Shown piece by piece: positions 27,166 to 32,000 of a stretch of DNA of 32,000 nucleotides. Every line of letters begins with the position of its first letter. Positions within the stretch are counted from its first letter, which is position 1. Both the position numbers and the translations under genes were made by a program. The stretch lies in the NCBI GenBank assembly GCA_046497275.1, contig JAWOFX010000092.1:5682-37681 (forward strand), read 5' to 3'. The notes under the pieces were generated by a model that was not told the origin of the DNA, did no database searches, and saw only the letters and a program-made list of their open reading frames with translations. This DNA is from Promethearchaeia archaeon. Its GTDB lineage: Archaea > Asgardarchaeota > Lokiarchaeia > Sigyniarchaeales > SOKP01.

Positions 27166-27728
27166 ATTTTGATAAAAATGAATTATTTGGTGCGGCCCTC
27201 ATAGGGTTTGATATGATTGATGGCCCGTTTCTCAAATGGAAAAAGGAATTTAAAGAGAAAACGGATATTGTCCAACTGGATGATTTCGCTATGAATTTTT
27301 ATTTATCATTTCGAGGGGGAAACTCGGGTAAAAAACCAAGAGCCATACTTTATGATAATTTTTACATAGTAGCTTTTCCGAAAGATCTTGAATTATGCTG
27401 TCTATTTATGAAACCAAAAAATATTGAAGCTAATATAAATAATTTGAATAAAATTGCATCTAGAATCATGTTAGAGATGGAAATTGACGAAGATAATGAA
27501 TGTGTTGAAGATGAAATTAGTGATGATTCTGATGAAAATACAGTAGAAGAGATTAAACGTCTCATTCTTAATATGTTAAATGATACGAAAATGAGTACCC
27601 CAGAGATGAGAAAATACTTTAAGCTTACCAATGCTGAGATTTGGAAAATTATGTCAGATCTTGAGAGTGCCAAAAAGGTAATGAGGGCAGGTAAGAAAGG
27701 GAGAGCTCAACTATGGACGACTCCATAA
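27162..27728 (+). CDS. Longin/uDENN-like domain + acidic linker + winged-HTH fusion
   Basis: N-terminal AALIGFDMIDGPFLKW resembles the F/W-D-x-x-x-GP hairpin that starts C9orf72/NPRL2-type longin domains, then a D/E-rich linker, then a wHTH pattern ending GRAQLW. ATGA overlap with the GTPase; AGGAGG at 27145-27150. Confidence 0.7.
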   Translation: MNFDKNELFGAALIGFDMIDGPFLKWKKEFKEKTDIVQLDDFAMNFYLSFRGGNSGKKPRAILYDNFYIVAFPKDLELCCLFMKPKNIEANINNLNKIASRIMLEMEIDEDNECVEDEISDDSDENTVEEIKRLILNMLNDTKMSTPEMRKYFKLTNAEIWKIMSDLESAKKVMRAGKKGRAQLWTTP

Positions 27729-27768
27729 TTCTCTCAAAATATTAAATTTTAACATAATTTTTATTTTT

Positions 27769-28592
27769 TCACACCTCTTTTAAGATTCGATCCTCCCAAT
27801 GTTTTTCTTTTAAAAATATGTTGGAAAAAACCATATAACAAATATCGGGTAGAGCTTTCTGATTGTATTTTAAAGTTATAAACCTAAGAATATGATTGAT
27901 TAAATAGATTGCTAGAAGTTCAATCTCATAAACCCCAATGTTTTTCAAATTTTCACCTGAGTAAGAAACATCCAGTTTATTCTGATTTTCATCGTATGTT
28001 AGTTCAATAAATATATTAGGAAATATTTCCTTGTTTATTTTCCATTCTCTGTCTTTAATCAACACTTTAGCCTCAAAAATTTTTTCTAATCTTATCTTAT
28101 CTTATCTTCTGGGTTTAAGAATGTAAGTGCGAGTCTTCTTTTTCTTAAGGTTTTTTGCATTAATTGGGTTTTTTCGTTATAAGAGGTGCTTAATGGAGTC
28201 TCATTTCTTAGTCTTCTCTCAATATAATTAATAATTATTTCGTTATATGAAAAAAGTTCTTTACCTGATATCAAATAAACCCGATCTCCAGAACAAAGAA
28301 ATTTTAATTCCCCTGCTGTATCTCCAAATTCACCTCCATAATAAAAATATGATATATGGATATTAACCTCCGGAAAAATTTCTAAAGTAAGGGTCCACTC
28401 TTCATCGAATCCGATATTTTCTATCATTGCTCCGAGGTCTTTTTTACTAATTTCTTCTATTACATCTATTTGAATATCTTTGAATAAAGGTGCTTTAGCC
28501 TTACTCATATCTATTAATTCTCGTTCGTGAGGTCCTCTTATACCAGTAGCATCAATTTGTCCGATAGTGAGAAATCTTCGTCTTTGAGTCAT
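27769..28592 (-). pseudogene. Frameshifted paralog of the 28659..29471 gene (split into ORFs 28092..28592 and 27769..28065)
   Basis: The two ORFs match the N- and C-halves of the neighbour. Removing one ATAAG unit restores a 272-aa frame that is colinear across the junction. Confidence 0.85.
28090..28108. repeat. Pentanucleotide tandem repeat (TCTTA)3 TCTT at the frameshift site
   Basis: Directly visible as tcttatcttatcttatctt; the premature TAA (28092-28094, minus strand) lies inside it. Confidence 0.95.
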
Positions 28593-28658
28593 TTTATCAT
28601 TATTTATGTTATAAATTAAGATTCAAGCAAAAATAAATTATTAAGAAAAAATAGGGTT

Positions 28659-29471
28659 TTATATTCTTCTATGTTTCCAATTTTTTTCCTTGGTCATCAA
28701 ACGTGAAAACATAATATAACAAATATCTGGAAGATCTTTCTCTGGGTGGTTTATCGTTATAAATCTAAGAATATGATTGATCAAGAAAATTGCGATTAAT
28801 TCAATATGATAACTTCCAATTTTTTCCAAATTATCACCTGAATAAGAAACATCTAAGTCCTTCTGATTTTCATCATATATTAGTTCAATAAATATTCCCG
28901 GAAATATTTCTTTTTTAAATTTCCATTCAGATGGGTTTTTCCATACATTCGCACCAATAAAATCTTGCAGATTTTCCTTATCCTCTTCTTTTAGCAAATT
29001 AAAAGGTTCTTTTCTCTGCTCTAAGACCTTTTTCATTAATTCTGTTTTTTCTTTATAATTTTTCTCAAATGGTTTCACTCCTTTAATTTGCCTTTCTATG
29101 AAATCCATAACTACATCTATATATGTAGCAATATCTTCCCCAGGAACCCAATATACTCTTTCACCAGAGAATAGGAATTTGAATTCAGCTTCAATATCTC
29201 CACCAAATTCATCTCCAATATATGTATAGACCATGTGAATATTTACTTCAGGAAACATCTCTTTCGTAATTGTCCAGTCCTCACTAAACCCAATATTTAC
29301 GAGTTCTCCTCCAATATCTTCTTTAAGAATCTTTAGAAGACTCTCTCTTTCAAGATCTATAAAATTATGATATTTTGCATTACTTATATCTTCTAATTCC
29401 TTTTCATGTGGACCTCTAACACCAGTAGCATCAATTTGACCTACGGTAAAAAATTTTCTTCTATCTGCCAT
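28659..29471 (-). CDS. Hypothetical protein with two internal DUF3786-like repeats
   Basis: Two copies of W.I/F.KE.FP.V/I.I.L/M.Y...SG...E...I.R.I. The first copy (FPEVNIHMVY..GDEF...EFKFLFSG....PGEDIA) resembles DUF3786. Confidence 0.7.
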   Translation of the reverse strand: MADRRKFFTVGQIDATGVRGPHEKELEDISNAKYHNFIDLERESLLKILKEDIGGELVNIGFSEDWTITKEMFPEVNIHMVYTYIGDEFGGDIEAEFKFLFSGERVYWVPGEDIATYIDVVMDFIERQIKGVKPFEKNYKEKTELMKKVLEQRKEPFNLLKEEDKENLQDFIGANVWKNPSEWKFKKEIFPGIFIELIYDENQKDLDVSYSGDNLEKIGSYHIELIAIFLINHILRFITINHPEKDLPDICYIMFSRLMTKEKNWKHRRI

Positions 29472-29505
29472 TTTTAAAAAAATTCAGTTTTGTATTTATC
29501 TAGAA

Positions 29506-30840
29506 TTATTTTTCCTTTTTTTTGAATTTTCCTACAAAAAATCCTTTAGTTGCGTGTTTTGCTGGAAACAATCTTCCCGTACCGTCGAGAATTTTCCCAT
29601 TAATCTTGTAAGAAGGGTGAAAGAATTCGGGTAAATCTAAAGGAATAAGTTCATCAAGGAATTGTTTTATTTGCAACTCTCCTTCTTCAGCATAAAGACT
29701 GCATGTGGAATATACTAAAATACCTCCAGATTTTAACATATTTATTGCTGAATTAAGTAATTTTTCTTGCAATGTGATATTTTGATAAAGAAAAGACCTA
29801 TTTTGCCTCCATTTTAATTCTGGATTTGAAGAGAATGTACCACTTCCACTACAAGGAGCATCTAAAAGAATTGTATCAATTTGAAGGTTTTGTCTCAAAG
29901 GAAAATCGATGCTGTCTGTATTTAAAATATTAATATCAGAAATTTTGTAAAAATCCAATAGATTAACCATCTCAAATACTCTTGATAAATTGAAGTCCGA
30001 CGCGATGATTTTATTACTATTACTAGTGAGATTAGATAAAAGGATTGTTTTAATTCCTGGCGCAGCGCACATATCTAATATGATTCCTTTTTCAGCATTC
30101 GCTAACAATTGAGCAATGACGACAGATCCTTTATCTAATAATAAGATATTACTTTTTTTATAGAAGTTGGTCTCTAGTATTTTTGATATATTTTTATAAG
30201 AAATTGTCAGTAAGGAATCTATTTTGTTTGACTCTTTATATAAAATATTAGAATGTGTAAGATACTTTTTTATTTGTTCCTTTATTTCTTGAGATTGTTT
30301 ATGTTTAATAAGGAACAATCCAATATCTAAATCTTCTTGATTGTTCATCGCCTTTATATTTTCTAATAGGAAGTTTTCTGACATATAGGGCAGAAGCCTT
30401 TTCAGAAAAAAAGTTGGAATCGCTTTTTTAATACTTCTTTTTTCTAGTTTAGATTTATTTTTAAGAGCCTTTTTCCATGAGAATGTTGTAAGTTTATTAT
30501 AAAAATCGATAATTTGTTCTTTTTTCAACTCAGATTTCCTTCCTCGGAAAAATGGGGCAAAATCTTTAAGAATTTTTTGGAGTGAGGTTTGTTCCCAAAT
30601 ATACTGATAAATTAACAATAAATAAAAACTCTTTTTCCCCAAACTAATTTTTTTTTTATATTTTAAGGCACTTATAGTTGAACTTAATATAAAGTTAATT
30701 TTATTCCAGAATTTAATTATTTCCATATAATAATGAAACGCAACTCTGTCTTTACGAATGGATTCTGTTAAAGAGGTGTATTTTTCCTCCAGAAACTGCT
30801 TAAGGTGAGATATTAATCTTTCCAAAGTTGCTTGATTCAT
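29506..30840 (-). CDS. RsmB/NOL1/NOP2/Sun (NSUN) RNA m5C methyltransferase
   Basis: ILDMCAAPGIKT, LLDAPCSGSG (motif IV Cys), LVYSTCSL (motif VI Cys) and GFFVGKF. Confidence 0.93.
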   Translation of the reverse strand: MNQATLERLISHLKQFLEEKYTSLTESIRKDRVAFHYYMEIIKFWNKINFILSSTISALKYKKKISLGKKSFYLLLIYQYIWEQTSLQKILKDFAPFFRGRKSELKKEQIIDFYNKLTTFSWKKALKNKSKLEKRSIKKAIPTFFLKRLLPYMSENFLLENIKAMNNQEDLDIGLFLIKHKQSQEIKEQIKKYLTHSNILYKESNKIDSLLTISYKNISKILETNFYKKSNILLLDKGSVVIAQLLANAEKGIILDMCAAPGIKTILLSNLTSNSNKIIASDFNLSRVFEMVNLLDFYKISDINILNTDSIDFPLRQNLQIDTILLDAPCSGSGTFSSNPELKWRQNRSFLYQNITLQEKLLNSAINMLKSGGILVYSTCSLYAEEGELQIKQFLDELIPLDLPEFFHPSYKINGKILDGTGRLFPAKHATKGFFVGKFKKKEK

Positions 30841-30907
30841 TAGATATGGATAAATTAAGACATATTGGGATACATTCTAAAAAATTAATAAAAAAAAGGT
30901 ATAGAAG

Positions 30908-31999
30908 TTAATTAAAACCTATTATTGCATTTTGAAAATCTATTAGGTAATTTTGTTTTTTCAATTCAATTATTGTACTGATTACTTTATCTCTTGGTTC
31001 ATCCCTTCCAGCTAGTCCAAAACTCAGTAAATCTGAGAAAAAGAAATATTCCTTCTCTGTTTGAATTTGAGAAGCCACTTCTAGTAGATTTTTTTCTAAG
31101 GTATCTAAATCATCAATCTCTTTATCTTGATTCAGTTTTAAAGGATACATTAGAGAAATGTTAAAATATTTCTCAACTAATTTATCTGCACCACTAAACA
31201 CAGAAGTATCTCCTTTAAATGTAGCAATATACTTTTCATATCTCTGTTCAAATTCATTTATAAAATCTACTTGTTGTTTTTTAATGTATTCAGAGGGTTT
31301 TTCCTCAGCAATTAAGGCTCCTCTCACATGATCTCCGTCTGCTAAAATTATATGAAAATCATAGTAATCCATTTCAAATCCTTTCTGTAATTTCGTGCTG
31401 TCTCCTTTTTTAAATTCTTTTTTGAATGATGAAATAGCATGAAGAAACCCACTAATCAAATCAGGATCTAGTCCCTCGGATGAAATTTTTTGAGTGTAGA
31501 TTGCAACACCAATATCTTTATGAATAATCATAATATAAGATAATTTGAGTAGATCTTCAAGTATTTGAGCATCCTTTTTCCATTTTTGCTGCAATCGCTC
31601 AATCTTTTTGTGTCTGACCACCACATATAGTCCGATGGCTGCCATAATTGCGATGATTGCAGGACTTAACTCTATCAATGTATCTAAAAATATAGTAAAA
31701 GAATTAATTACACTAAATCTTGTCGAATACGTTTCTGAAATTGCGTATACATCCTCTTCAGCACATTGAACCCGAATTGAATAGCCACGTCCTGTAGATT
31801 TTAGATTTAAATTAATTGAAGCAATTCCATTCTCACCAGTAATGGTTTGAAATTCATCTACAATATTATTATTTGGATCCAATATCTGGAAATATATATC
31901 TAGATTTGACACAGCGGTACTATTATTTATGGTAACATTCACTGAAAAGAATTGATTGCCCGCCATATACTCCGATTGAAATTCTGTGATAAATTGTAT
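30908..31999 (-). CDS. Partial single-pass membrane protein: extracellular Ig-like domain(s), TM, cytosolic longin-like domain and wHTH-like tail; 5' end outside the window
   Basis: The frame stays open to the window edge (IQFITEFQSEY precedes the listed Met). TM SPAIIAIMAAIGLYVVV is followed by RHKK, then YIMIIHK..GVAIY / DLISGFLHAISSF / RGALI of longin type. Confidence 0.85.
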   Translation of the reverse strand: MQFITEFQSEYMAGNQFFSVNVTINNSTAVSNLDIYFQILDPNNNIVDEFQTITGENGIASINLNLKSTGRGYSIRVQCAEEDVYAISETYSTRFSVINSFTIFLDTLIELSPAIIAIMAAIGLYVVVRHKKIERLQQKWKKDAQILEDLLKLSYIMIIHKDIGVAIYTQKISSEGLDPDLISGFLHAISSFKKEFKKGDSTKLQKGFEMDYYDFHIILADGDHVRGALIAEEKPSEYIKKQQVDFINEFEQRYEKYIATFKGDTSVFSGADKLVEKYFNISLMYPLKLNQDKEIDDLDTLEKNLLEVASQIQTEKEYFFFSDLLSFGLAGRDEPRDKVISTIIELKKQNYLIDFQNAIIGFN

Positions 32000-32000
32000 T

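Noticed and set aside
27362-27673. Antisense 103-aa Ser-rich ORF
   Set aside because: Reverse complement of the acidic linker/wHTH coding region.
27545-27728. wHTH as a Z-alpha (Z-DNA-binding) domain because it ends in ..LW
   Set aside because: The recognition-helix Asn and Tyr of Z-alpha are replaced (EIWKIMSDL); kept as a generic wHTH.
1-32000. Selenocysteine/pyrrolysine read-through, CRISPR array, IS element, tRNA or rRNA
   Set aside because: The redox genes end at the expected family boundaries, the only split gene is explained by a frameshift with TAA, and no regular spacer-repeat pattern, transposase or structured GC-rich RNA tract was seen.

Overview
Very AT-rich, gene-dense archaeal window with the hallmarks of an Asgard (Lokiarchaeia/Promethearchaeota-type) chromosome. 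The taxonomy is inferred from the Arf-like GTPase, two longin-like proteins, stand-alone 7TM paralogs, PAC2 and GGTGA-type ribosome-binding sites. The left half is mostly anaerobic and lipid-related metabolism: the 3' end of glutamate dehydrogenase, a CooC-type ATPase paired with a truncated acetyl-CoA-synthase (CdhC)-like protein, an SCP2 / FAD-oxidoreductase / HdrD-like operon, a thioesterase coupled to an ILVBL/HACL2-like ThDP enzyme, TatD and two MFS transporters (one Spinster-like with a long cytosolic tail). The middle holds an epoxide-hydrolase-like enzyme, a nucleotidyltransferase, FadH and PAC2. The right end carries the best candidate new system: two tandem stand-alone 7TM proteins followed by an Arf-like GTPase translationally coupled to a longin/uDENN-like + acidic linker + winged-HTH protein. 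After it come a tandem pair of DUF3786-like genes (one broken by an extra 5-bp repeat unit), an RsmB/NSUN m5C methyltransferase and a partial single-pass receptor-like protein with a cytosolic longin domain. No tRNA, rRNA, CRISPR array or mobile element was recognised. All family calls come from motif recognition by eye; no database search was run.
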